Shown here one piece after another: positions 39,701-47,751 of a stretch of 64,000 nucleotides of DNA. Where the stretch lies: the IMG/VR virus record IMGVR_UViG_3300021962_000021, positions 174,220-238,219 of that record; one strand, given 5' to 3'. Position 1 is the first letter of the stretch, and every line of letters starts with the position of its first letter. The notes below the pieces were generated by a model. The model had not been told where the DNA came from. It did no database searches and saw only the letters and a program-made list of their open reading frames with translations. Position numbers and translations under genes: made by a program.

Positions 39701-40645
39701 GTATTTAGCAGAATTAGTGGTGATTTAGCAATAAACTCAGTTGGTTTTGCAACAATACAACCAAATTCAGTTGCATTGGGTTCGGATACAACGGGTGATT
39801 ATGTTGCAAGTTTAGTTGCAGGAACAAACATTACATTATCAAATAATGCCGGTGAAGGAGCAACTCCTACAATTGGATTGACTAATAACGCAATTACGAT
39901 TGCAGGACAATCTACTTCATTAGGAGGAACTATAACTGCTGAAACTATTAGAACCGCAATTGGCACTGTTGTAACAGGTTCATCACAAATTAATTTCACA
40001 CAATTAAGTGGAATTAGTAATGGTATAATTTCATCTTCTGCACAAATTGATGCATTATTTAATTTGGATGGTATTGTTTCGGGTTCATCTCAAATTGATG
40101 TATCATCTACTACGGGTGATATTGCATTAGGAACTAGAACATCTGGTAACTATGTAGCAACAATAACTGCAGGAACGGGCGTATCAACAACGGGCGCAAC
40201 AACAGGTGAAGGAATTGCACATACAATTTCTATCGGACAATCGGTAGCAACATCGGCATCTCCAACTTTCGCAGGTTTAACAATCAACGGTGCTATCACA
40301 GCAACGGGCGATATTACAGCATATTACTCTTCGGATAAAAGATATAAGAACAATATTCAACCAATTACAGATGCGTTAGCAAAAGTAAGAACATTGAATG
40401 GTGTAACTTGGGAATGGAATGATGATGTGAGTGATGTAACCAAAGCAGCACCTCAAACGGGTTTAATAGCACAAGAAGTTCAAGCGATATTACCTGAAGT
40501 TGTTAAAGAGAAAGAAGATGGATACTTAGGTTTGGATTACGCTAAGATGATGGGTCTAATGGTAGAGGCAATCAAAGAACAACAATTACAAATAGAAAAA
40601 CTACAATTAGAAGTAGTAGATTTAAAAAGACAAAAAGGGTTATAA
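36710..40645 (+). CDS. Second long fibre protein with S74 intramolecular chaperone
   Basis: MALKFRRG...LAYGEP anchor; YSSDKRYKNNI...GLIAQEVQAILPEVV...LDYAKMMGLMVEAIKEQQ. Confidence 0.85.
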   Translation: MALKFRRGTTAQKSGSLAYGEPYVNTTLGTLQIGGEAGDITLLINSSSAGISGSSLDITGNAKIDGNLRLGGNITIGDQTTDTVNVVANLSSSLIPSVNNAFDLGSSTKIWRDLYLSTGSIKLVDGSGVVVNTITNANIVTTDTIASGSVTLTNSLPTGVVSSSAQVVNILNSLNSYTASNDTTNSTQNSRLDQLSTDSGSQNTRITNLETKATTLQTYTASVNGHITDINTYTSSNDTTNTTQNTRLTALEASASTALSTNNLQSTRVDQLAAATASVNSFTSSINTTIKSKLDTDGVVSGSSQITLSSTTGFTSYSSSVDSRILTEKGRVDAILLAADADKDSFAEIVTLINSVDTTNDNTFASFYTASNGRLNNLESTSASVNGHVSDINTKTGSFETKFSTLQTYTASVNGHIADINAYTASNNTTNSSQTTRIDQLAAATASVNSFTSSIDTTIKTKLNVEGVISGSSQLSGTTISNLSGSFTGSFKGNVAGVADYAQTTAVVTTGATTDNTLYPIFSSNPSPNSYITPITHPSGSFYYNGASRKVYADTFVGGIEATNGIVSGSAQIVDVLSSLNSYTSSNDTTNTLQSTRIDQLAAATASVNSFTSSENTKAATLALYTASVETKFSTLQTYTASVNGHIVDINAYTASNNTTNTTQNGRLNNLESTSASVNSSINNINSFTASNGNTSLNSYTGSLNAALSVTGSKINFLGDIVVWGTQSVISSQNLAVADNMIYLNDGSTVTDPDLGIAGNYNDGVYRHTGIFSDASDGHAWKVFKAYTPEPSGTIDTTHGSFALADFKAGAFTGTSFSGQILATNGVVSGSSQVDATATTNWSTGIKTQLNTNTVVSGSSQINLGSAAGNIALSTQTTGDYVASLVAGTNITLSNNSGEGATPTIGLTNNSITIAGQSTALGSSVTAETIRTAIGTVVTGSGQISITGVSGYDANKYVDHTTVTMTAGSGLIGGGTIAETRTFSVDSGSMLPYYSSSVFSRISGDLAINSVGFATIQPNSVALGSDTTGDYVASLVAGTNITLSNNAGEGATPTIGLTNNAITIAGQSTSLGGTITAETIRTAIGTVVTGSSQINFTQLSGISNGIISSSAQIDALFNLDGIVSGSSQIDVSSTTGDIALGTRTSGNYVATITAGTGVSTTGATTGEGIAHTISIGQSVATSASPTFAGLTINGAITATGDITAYYSSDKRYKNNIQPITDALAKVRTLNGVTWEWNDDVSDVTKAAPQTGLIAQEVQAILPEVVKEKEDGYLGLDYAKMMGLMVEAIKEQQLQIEKLQLEVVDLKRQKGL
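39342..39990 (+). repeat. Internal duplication of a ~65-aa module, copies starting near 39342 and 39792
   Basis: TTGDYVASLVAGTNITLSNN.GEGATPTIGLTNN.ITIAGQST.LG...TAETIRTAIGTVVTGS occurs twice. Confidence 0.85.
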
Positions 40646-40649
40646 TTTA

Positions 40650-41648
40650 ATGTATGATGTTTATTACACCACCGCTGGAGGCCCTTGGTTCAACAGCGGT
40701 GCTGATATATGGGTAACGAAATGGATAGAAGAAGTGGCACCACATTTAGAGGTTAAACCACTTCTACTTTTCCATAGAAAGAAACCTGATAATTACGAAG
40801 AATTTCCAATCAACATTGACCATATTTGGGAAACAAATGAATTGGAAATTGATAAAATATTAAAGAGTGCAAGAAAAATTCACATACTGCACGGACATTA
40901 TACACCAACTACCGCAATTCATAATAATTTAGATAAAATAGATTCAATTGTTTTCCATAATTTGACAAAAGTATCAATGGTGGGTCAAATGAATAAAGAT
41001 GAATATTTGCATTGGTATGGTAATTGGGAATGGGAAACGGAATTAATAAATAAAATAAAAAATAAAATTTGGGTAGGATTATATAATTTTCCATATAAAA
41101 CGGATAATTTACATCAAATACCAAATTATTATGAATTTATTGAAAACAAAGAACTATTAAATTCTAACAAAATAGGATTTGCAGCAAGAGCAGAAGGTAG
41201 AAAAAATGTAGAATATTTGGATGAATTAGAATCTATTATTTTTACAAATTCAGAAACCTTTAACAAATATTATAGAAAAAAATATGGATACGGATTCGGA
41301 AAATCAAAAATTTATAAATTTGATTACAAACATAAGGAAAGGTTCTACGGACTTGATTGGGGAATATCTCATTCTTGCTTTGAATTTGAACCATTTGGAT
41401 ACGGAATTTTTGAAGCAGTGGATTGGGGAAAGCTTCCGATATTACATGAAAAGTGGCACGTTCCACTTGATTATAAATACAAAGCGACTGACAAGGAATC
41501 ATTTAAGCAGACCTACCAAACGATTTGTGAGGATGATTACGAAACCCGTAAAAAAGAATTTGAAAAACTTAAAAGTTGGATGATACAACACTTTTCAAAT
41601 AAAGAAGTGTGGAAAGAAAAACTTTTAGATATTTATAATGGATTATAA
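40650..41648 (+). CDS. Glycosyltransferase (GT-B fold, GT4-like)
   Basis: SGADIW N-terminal loop, FAARAEGRKN, EPFGYGIFEAVDWGKLPI (E-x7-E signature). Confidence 0.75.
   Translation: MYDVYYTTAGGPWFNSGADIWVTKWIEEVAPHLEVKPLLLFHRKKPDNYEEFPINIDHIWETNELEIDKILKSARKIHILHGHYTPTTAIHNNLDKIDSIVFHNLTKVSMVGQMNKDEYLHWYGNWEWETELINKIKNKIWVGLYNFPYKTDNLHQIPNYYEFIENKELLNSNKIGFAARAEGRKNVEYLDELESIIFTNSETFNKYYRKKYGYGFGKSKIYKFDYKHKERFYGLDWGISHSCFEFEPFGYGIFEAVDWGKLPILHEKWHVPLDYKYKATDKESFKQTYQTICEDDYETRKKEFEKLKSWMIQHFSNKEVWKEKLLDIYNGL
41630..41637 (+). promoter_or_regulatory. Putative late promoter motif TATTTATA
   Basis: Exact motif in the 3' end of the glycosyltransferase gene, before 41659. Confidence 0.5.
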
Positions 41649-41658
41649 TCATTAATAG

Positions 41659-43419
41659 ATGGCAAGAACAAACTTATCATTAGGTAACTTATATAGAGCA
41701 GTGAGTGGTTCGGCTAGACCGGGAGCAGTTTCATTAGGTGGACTTGCTGGTGGTAGTGCGGGTAGTAATGTAAATTTACTATCTTTTGCAACAAATGAAA
41801 TAACGGTGACTCCACCAACTTATACTTATATAGTAGAAAGTACAACGGAAAATGCACAATTTTCATTTACACAAACCGGTTCTTATTTTTACAATAAAGT
41901 TCAACAACAATTAGCAAACTTTACTTGTTCATTTAATAACGCAAATTTCTCAACAGGTTCAAATACATTCGGAACAGGTCCAACGATAGTTCCAATTACT
42001 CCTGCAGGTATAAATCAATCATCATACTCGGAGGCTTCAGCTGTTTTAACAATGAAGTATCAAGATGGTTATAATATAAATGCAGCTAATTATGGAACTG
42101 TAACAACCAAAACTTTATATGCGGTTGATGTCTATAATACGATTAACCAACCTGATTTCTGTTTGTTATTTGGAACCAAAGTAACAAAAGCAAACGGAAC
42201 GGAAGTTAATGTTGAAGATTTATCTGTTGGTGATACAATTAAAGCATGGGTTCCTATGGGATTACCTGATGAATCATTACCAACGGAAACGGAAGAAGTT
42301 GAATGGAGATTTCATATGTTAGAAACAGCAACGGGTTCATATGAAGAAGTGGTGATATCTGATATTGTATTTAACTTTGCAAGTGGATATTATCAAATTA
42401 ACGATGGATTAATAAAAGCAACAGGAACTCACCCAATTTATGTTTGGGATGCTGAAATTGAAAAATATAGATTTAAAAATATGGAAGATGTTCTACCTGG
42501 AGATTTGGTAGTAACATTTGATGAGATATCAGGATTGACAGAGGTGGAAGTTTATGATATTGATACTATAATAGAAGATGTTGAAATTGTAACAATTAAT
42601 GTTGAAAACGCCGATGTTTATTTGGCAAATAAAACAATTTCTCATAATAAAGGAACAATTACTCAACCATTTATTCCATCATCTGGATTAAGAATGTATA
42701 TGGACCCATCAAAAGCATATTCATTCCCATCACAAACACTTCCATCAACAGGCACACCAACAACGGATTGGTTAGATTTGAGTGGATATAATACCGGTGT
42801 AAGACCTTCTGGAGTTGCAAACTCGGCAGGATATAGTGGAACTTCACCAGCATATAATGCCGGAGCAACTAGAATTGATAAATATTTTACATTGGATGGT
42901 AGTGGAACTTTTTGGTTTAAAGATAGAAACTCAAATATCAATGGTGGTATTACTCAATTTGATGTTACGGCGATGACATTTGTTGCATGGGTTAGACAAA
43001 CTGCAAACCAAGGTGCAACTTATGGTGGATTGTTCTCAAAAGAAGGTGCGGATAGAGATTACAATTTTTATTTATATAGTAGTGGTGCATCTGCATGGGA
43101 TGGTTTCCATTTTGCAACTGCAAGAGGAACGGTTTCAAATTCAGTTCAAACATTTTCTGCACCAGCATTGAATACATGGCATATGGTGGCAGTTACAATA
43201 TCAGCAGCAGCTGGTATAACATATTATTTAAATGGTAGTAGTGTAGGAACGGGCACAGTTTCGGCATTTAACGCAACATCTACTTATGATATTAAATTGG
43301 GTAGAGCTGATAATTATGCAAAATGTCAATTAGGACCTACTTTATTTTATAATAGAGTATTATCCGCAAGTGAGATTTCACAAGTATACAATTATTTCCA
43401 ACCAACATATAGACCGTAA
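41659..43419 (+). CDS. Virion-associated protein with central Hint (intein-like) domain and C-terminal LamG/ConA-like domain
   Basis: CLLFGTKV...VEDLSVGD...ATGTHP...ISHN Hint motifs; T..AWV...WHMVAVT...YLNG...YNRVLSASEI LamG motifs. Confidence 0.8.
   Translation: MARTNLSLGNLYRAVSGSARPGAVSLGGLAGGSAGSNVNLLSFATNEITVTPPTYTYIVESTTENAQFSFTQTGSYFYNKVQQQLANFTCSFNNANFSTGSNTFGTGPTIVPITPAGINQSSYSEASAVLTMKYQDGYNINAANYGTVTTKTLYAVDVYNTINQPDFCLLFGTKVTKANGTEVNVEDLSVGDTIKAWVPMGLPDESLPTETEEVEWRFHMLETATGSYEEVVISDIVFNFASGYYQINDGLIKATGTHPIYVWDAEIEKYRFKNMEDVLPGDLVVTFDEISGLTEVEVYDIDTIIEDVEIVTINVENADVYLANKTISHNKGTITQPFIPSSGLRMYMDPSKAYSFPSQTLPSTGTPTTDWLDLSGYNTGVRPSGVANSAGYSGTSPAYNAGATRIDKYFTLDGSGTFWFKDRNSNINGGITQFDVTAMTFVAWVRQTANQGATYGGLFSKEGADRDYNFYLYSSGASAWDGFHFATARGTVSNSVQTFSAPALNTWHMVAVTISAAAGITYYLNGSSVGTGTVSAFNATSTYDIKLGRADNYAKCQLGPTLFYNRVLSASEISQVYNYFQPTYRP
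42160..42648 (+). other. Hint domain (163 aa, no endonuclease), BIL-like
   Basis: Cys1 at 42160, block B TGTH, terminal His-Asn at 42643-42648 followed by Lys. Confidence 0.8.
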
Positions 43420-43443
43420 TTGTTGTTTTGAAATAAAAAATTA

Positions 43444-43451
43444 TATTTATA
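43444..43451 (+). promoter_or_regulatory. Putative late promoter motif TATTTATA
   Basis: Exact motif before the sheath gene. Confidence 0.65.
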
Positions 43452-43488
43452 TTGAGAATTATAAATTTTTAAAAATTAATTATATAAA

Positions 43489-45732
43489 ATGGCAGAGAAA
43501 TTAGTATCACCAGGCGTATTTACTAAAGAAAACGACCTTTCGTTCTTACAACAAGGTATTGCTGATATTGGTGCAGCATTCATCGGACCTTTCAAAGAAG
43601 GACCATTAGTTCCGACAATTGTAAACTCACAAGCTGAATTCCAAACTCTTTTTGGAGCAGCTGATGACACATATTATACACCATTAGCGGTTCAAAACTA
43701 TTTAAGAGAAGCGGGGGTTGCAACTATTTGTAGAACTGCAGGAGTTGATGGATATACAGGATATAATCCATTATTGATAACTATTACATCTGGTTCATCT
43801 GGACAAACTACAGGTTTAGTATCATCATCAGTAGCGATACTTTTCCCAACTGATAAAAATACTTTAACAAGTGGTTTAAGTGGTTCGGCAGCAACAACAG
43901 CTGGAAATAATAATTTAGGAAGTGGTAATATCATTATGTTTGTAACGGGTTCGAGTAATTTTACAGGAACTGCATCAGTTGATTATAGCAACACAAACGA
44001 TGTTGAATCTGTATTTGGAACAAATCCATTGGGTGCAAAGGGTGGATATGTATACGGATTTTTTAAAAACCACGGAATTGCATTTGGTGCAACTGTATCA
44101 TCTTCGGTTTCTGTTTTAGATGACCAAGATTTTACATTTGAAGCACAAGAAGCTTTAACACCAATGATTGTATCACAATTAATAAGTGGTGAAAGACATA
44201 ACCTTTTCCAATTTGAAACAATCGGTGCAGGTAATGCAGCAAATACAAAAATAAAAGTAGGTATTTCAAATATAAAAGCAGCTGGTTCGGTAAACGGAAC
44301 AGATTACGGAACATTCACAGTAACTATTAGAGATTTCGCAGATACTAATAAGAAAAAGACAGTATTAGAAACATTTGCAAATGTAAATTTAGACCCTAAC
44401 TCTCCAAATTTTATTAGTAGAGTAATCGGTGATAGAAAAAGAACAATTGCATCAAGTGGAAAAGTAACAGAAACAGGTGATTGGGTAAACAATTCAAAAT
44501 ATGTTAGAATTGCAAATCTAAATACAGTATCTCCTATTCAAGCAGTTCCATTCGGACATGCTAAATACAAATTACCAGTTGTAGCAGGAGCATATAATAA
44601 TTTAATACCAACTGCATCATTTGTAACATCATCAGCAACACAGTTTGGTGGTATTGATTTGGATAACAATACTGATAATAAAATTTATTTAAAACCAATT
44701 CCAGCAGGAGCAGGTAATGGTTCAAACGCAATCTTTGGTTTGGATTCAGCTGCAACAAACGGAGTAGCATTGGCAGTAGGTTCAACTTCAGCACAATATA
44801 TCGTAGCATTCCAAGAAGGATTTGATGGATATTCACCAGCAACTGCAGCAGCGGATGTTGTTGACCCAGCATCTACTGAAGGTATTGCATCTTATGGTAA
44901 GCATATCGCAGCATTATCTAACGCTGACGAATATGATATCAATATGGTAGTAGCACCACACGTAAACAGAAGATTACATTCATCTGTATTTACTTCAATA
45001 CTTGATATGGTTGAAGGAAGAGCAGACGCATTCTTCATCGCAGAAGCAGGTGATTCAGCAACAACTTTAGCACAAACTGTAACACAAGCAGGTGAAGTAG
45101 ATACTAACTACGCAGCATTCTACTATCCATATATCAAAACAATTGATACAAACACAAACAAACTTATCACAGTTCCACCATCAGTATTATTACCAGGTGT
45201 ATTCGCAGCAAACGATAGAGTAGCAGCTGAATGGTTCGCACCAGCAGGTTTAAATAGAGGTGGTTTAGTAGGAGCAGTAAGTGTATTAGATAAAGTAACT
45301 CAATCAGAAAGAGATACATTATATGAAGGTAAAGTAAACCCAATCTGCCAGTTCCCTGGACAAGGTATCGTAGTATGGGGTCAAAAAACTTTACAAGATA
45401 AACCATCAGCATTAGATAGAATCAATGTAAGAAGATTATTATTGACTGTTAGAAAGTATATCGCTTCAACTTCAAAATATTTAGTATTCGAACAAAACTC
45501 TTCTGAAACAAGAAATAGATTCTTAAATATTGTTAATCCTTATTTAGAATCAATCCAACAAAGACAAGGTCTTTACGCTTTCAGAGTGGTAATGGATGAA
45601 ACAAACAACACACCGGATGTAATTGATAGAAACATTTTAAAAGGAGCTATCTACTTACAACCAACTAAGACAGCTGAATTCATTCAAATTGATTTCAATA
45701 TCTTACCAACTGGTGCAAGTTTTAACGGATAA
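43489..45732 (+). CDS. gp18: Tail sheath protein (gp18-like)
   Basis: SPGVFTKEND, WFAPAGLNRG, WGQKTL...ALDRINVRRL, FEQN, PTKTAEFI. Confidence 0.95.
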   Translation: MAEKLVSPGVFTKENDLSFLQQGIADIGAAFIGPFKEGPLVPTIVNSQAEFQTLFGAADDTYYTPLAVQNYLREAGVATICRTAGVDGYTGYNPLLITITSGSSGQTTGLVSSSVAILFPTDKNTLTSGLSGSAATTAGNNNLGSGNIIMFVTGSSNFTGTASVDYSNTNDVESVFGTNPLGAKGGYVYGFFKNHGIAFGATVSSSVSVLDDQDFTFEAQEALTPMIVSQLISGERHNLFQFETIGAGNAANTKIKVGISNIKAAGSVNGTDYGTFTVTIRDFADTNKKKTVLETFANVNLDPNSPNFISRVIGDRKRTIASSGKVTETGDWVNNSKYVRIANLNTVSPIQAVPFGHAKYKLPVVAGAYNNLIPTASFVTSSATQFGGIDLDNNTDNKIYLKPIPAGAGNGSNAIFGLDSAATNGVALAVGSTSAQYIVAFQEGFDGYSPATAAADVVDPASTEGIASYGKHIAALSNADEYDINMVVAPHVNRRLHSSVFTSILDMVEGRADAFFIAEAGDSATTLAQTVTQAGEVDTNYAAFYYPYIKTIDTNTNKLITVPPSVLLPGVFAANDRVAAEWFAPAGLNRGGLVGAVSVLDKVTQSERDTLYEGKVNPICQFPGQGIVVWGQKTLQDKPSALDRINVRRLLLTVRKYIASTSKYLVFEQNSSETRNRFLNIVNPYLESIQQRQGLYAFRVVMDETNNTPDVIDRNILKGAIYLQPTKTAEFIQIDFNILPTGASFNG

Positions 45733-45745
45733 TTTGAAAAGTAAA

Positions 45746-45753
45746 TATTTATA
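45746..45753 (+). promoter_or_regulatory. Putative late promoter motif TATTTATA
   Basis: Exact motif before the tube gene. Confidence 0.65.
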
Positions 45754-45779
45754 TAAGAATAACATAAAAATAAAGTAAA

Positions 45780-46268
45780 ATGCCAGAAATATTAGAGTTT
45801 GATAAAATGTTCTATAAGAATTTTGAACCAAAGTTAGGTAACAGATTCATTATGGAAATCAATGGTATCGAATCATACATCATCAAAACTGCAAGTAGAC
45901 CAACTTTCACTTCAGAGGTAGTAGAATTAGACCACATCAATGTAAAGAGAAAGATTAAAGGTAAATCAACATGGGATGATGTGAATATTACCCTTTATGA
46001 CCCAATTGTTCCTTCTGGAGCACAGCAAGTTATGGAGTGGATTAGAACTTCACATGAGTCATTAACAGGTAGAGATGGATACGCAGCTTTCTATAAGAAA
46101 GATATTACATTCTATCTATTAGGACCAGTTGGTGATAAAGTTGAACAATGGACTTTAAAAGGTGCATTCATCACTTCAGCAAACTTCGGTGAGTTGGATT
46201 GGGCATCAAATGATCCTGTTTCAATTGAATTAACATTGGCATACGATTACGCAGTATTAGAATACTAA
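45780..46268 (+). CDS. gp19: Tail tube protein (gp19-like)
   Basis: Follows the sheath gene; GKSTWDDVNITLYD, YKKDI, WTLKGAF...GELDW, LTLAYDY. Confidence 0.9.
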   Translation: MPEILEFDKMFYKNFEPKLGNRFIMEINGIESYIIKTASRPTFTSEVVELDHINVKRKIKGKSTWDDVNITLYDPIVPSGAQQVMEWIRTSHESLTGRDGYAAFYKKDITFYLLGPVGDKVEQWTLKGAFITSANFGELDWASNDPVSIELTLAYDYAVLEY

Positions 46269-46290
46269 TCTATAAAAAACAAATAAAAAG

Positions 46291-46324
46291 AAGGGAGAAT
46301 CAAAAGTTCTCCCTTTTATTTTTT
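46291..46324 (+). terminator. Rho-independent terminator after the tube gene
   Basis: AAGGGAGAA-TCAAAAG-TTCTCCCTT followed by a T-rich tail. Confidence 0.85.
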
Positions 46325-46365
46325 CAAAAAGAGAATATATATAATAAACAAAGTTATATATTAAT

Positions 46366-47181
46366 ATGGAACAAAACATTGAACAACAAGTTACAAGAGG
46401 ATTGGGACAACCGGTTACAACACAAACTAAAACTTACGATTTCCCAACAGAAATTATAGCATTACCATCAAAAGGACTTTGCTACCCTGAAAATTCACCA
46501 TTAGCAAAAGGTGAAGTAACAATTAAGTTATTAACTGCAAAAGAAGAAGATATTCTTACTTCTCCAAATTTAATTAAAAGAAACCAAGTAATTGAAAAAT
46601 TATTAGAATCTGTTTTAATTGAGCCAGGAGTAAGAGTTGATGACCTTTTATTGGGAGATAAGAATGCAATTCTTATTGCAACTAGATTGTTGGCATATGG
46701 TCCAGAATATAAAATTAAAGTAACGGATAAAGAATACGGAGAAGAAGTAGAGTGGTCAGTAGACCTTTCAAAAATTCAAATTAAAGAAGTTGATTATTCT
46801 TTATTGAATAGAAGAAATGAATTTACTTATACATTACCACATAGTAAAACTCAAATAAAATTTAGGTTATTAACACATGGTGATGAAGCAGCAATTACTA
46901 AAGATGTAGAAGCAGCTGAAAAAATTACTAAGCAAAGTAATGAAATCACAGCAAGATATAGACGAGTTATCACCGAAGTAGATGGTAACAGAGATATGGG
47001 ATATATTAGTAATTTTGTAACTAATAAATTGCAAGCTAGAGATTCAAAAGAATTAAGAAAATATATCGCATCTGTAACACCTGATTTGGATTTTAAATTT
47101 GAATACACATCACCTTACACGGGCGAAACGGAGGCGCTTCCTATACCATTTGGGAGTGACTTTTTTTATCCTACCGAGTAA
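46366..47181 (+). CDS. Tail/baseplate-hub assembly chaperone (gp26-like)
   Basis: LPSKG..Y, TAKEEDIL, L..GD.NAIL...R...YG, ends FF; lies between tube and tape measure. Confidence 0.75.
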   Translation: MEQNIEQQVTRGLGQPVTTQTKTYDFPTEIIALPSKGLCYPENSPLAKGEVTIKLLTAKEEDILTSPNLIKRNQVIEKLLESVLIEPGVRVDDLLLGDKNAILIATRLLAYGPEYKIKVTDKEYGEEVEWSVDLSKIQIKEVDYSLLNRRNEFTYTLPHSKTQIKFRLLTHGDEAAITKDVEAAEKITKQSNEITARYRRVITEVDGNRDMGYISNFVTNKLQARDSKELRKYIASVTPDLDFKFEYTSPYTGETEALPIPFGSDFFYPTE

Positions 47182-47392
47182 TTATTCTATAATTTTACAT
47201 GATAAGATTTTTCAAATGCTATACTACTCCAATGGTAGTTTTACATGGCATGATGTTTACTTTATGCCAATTCGTTTGAGAGAATTTTATTGGAATAAAT
47301 TAATAGAAGCAAAAGAAAAAGAAAAAGAGGCCAACGATAAAGTATTGGCTAAATCAAAAACAACAACATCTTCTAGAACAAGGAGAAGATAA
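47162..47392 (+). CDS. Probable frameshift-expressed C-terminal extension of the tail chaperone (GT-like)
   Basis: The +1 frame from the T7 run reads FFILPSNYSIILHDKIFQMLYYSNGSFTWHDVYFMPIRLREFY; first in-frame ATG only at 47216. Confidence 0.6.
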   Translation, partial: FFILPSNYSIILHDKIFQMLYYSNGSFTWHDVYFMPIRLREFYWNKLIEAKEKEKEANDKVLAKSKTTTSSRTRRR

Positions 47393-47415
47393 TTTCCATT
47401 TTATATTATAAGTTA

Positions 47416-47423
47416 TATTTATA
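47416..47423 (+). promoter_or_regulatory. Putative late promoter motif TATTTATA
   Basis: Exact motif before 47439. Confidence 0.6.
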
Positions 47424-47438
47424 GTAAACAACCTAGCT

Positions 47439-47738
47439 ATGTCTAATAGAAAATATTTGTATGAAGTATCATTTGTTAAAAGATTAATAAATGGATTCTT
47501 AGGAGCAAAATCACAAGAAAAAGAAGATAGTTTTTTAGATGTTCTAAAAAAGCATGATGATGAATTGGCGGCAGTATTTGGTGACTTTAATGATAGATTA
47601 GACAGATATAATAAAGATGTTAGTTCTAGACTTGGGAAGAATGTAAAAGCTATGGATGTAAAAGATACACAAATATACAAAGCTTTAAATCGTTACATGG
47701 AAGAATCTATTAATAGAAGAATTAATAAGAAGAAATAA
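47439..47738 (+). CDS. Hypothetical protein
   Basis: 99-aa ORF after a late motif, directly before the tape measure gene. Confidence 0.6.
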   Translation: MSNRKYLYEVSFVKRLINGFLGAKSQEKEDSFLDVLKKHDDELAAVFGDFNDRLDRYNKDVSSRLGKNVKAMDVKDTQIYKALNRYMEESINRRINKKK

Positions 47739-47751
47739 TTTTTCCTAAATA

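Noticed and set aside
30039-40645. Repeats considered as a CRISPR array or DGR template/variable repeats
   Set aside because: They are in-frame coding repeats without unique spacers; no cas or reverse transcriptase gene is in the window and no adenine-specific mismatch pattern was seen
42160-42648. Mobile intein with homing endonuclease
   Set aside because: Too short, no LAGLIDADG or HNH motifs, and the +1 residue is Lys
47099-47161. TTG start at 47099 for the ORF after the tail chaperone
   Set aside because: It would overlap the chaperone by over 80 nt and give an implausible N-terminus; frameshift entry at the T-run fits better
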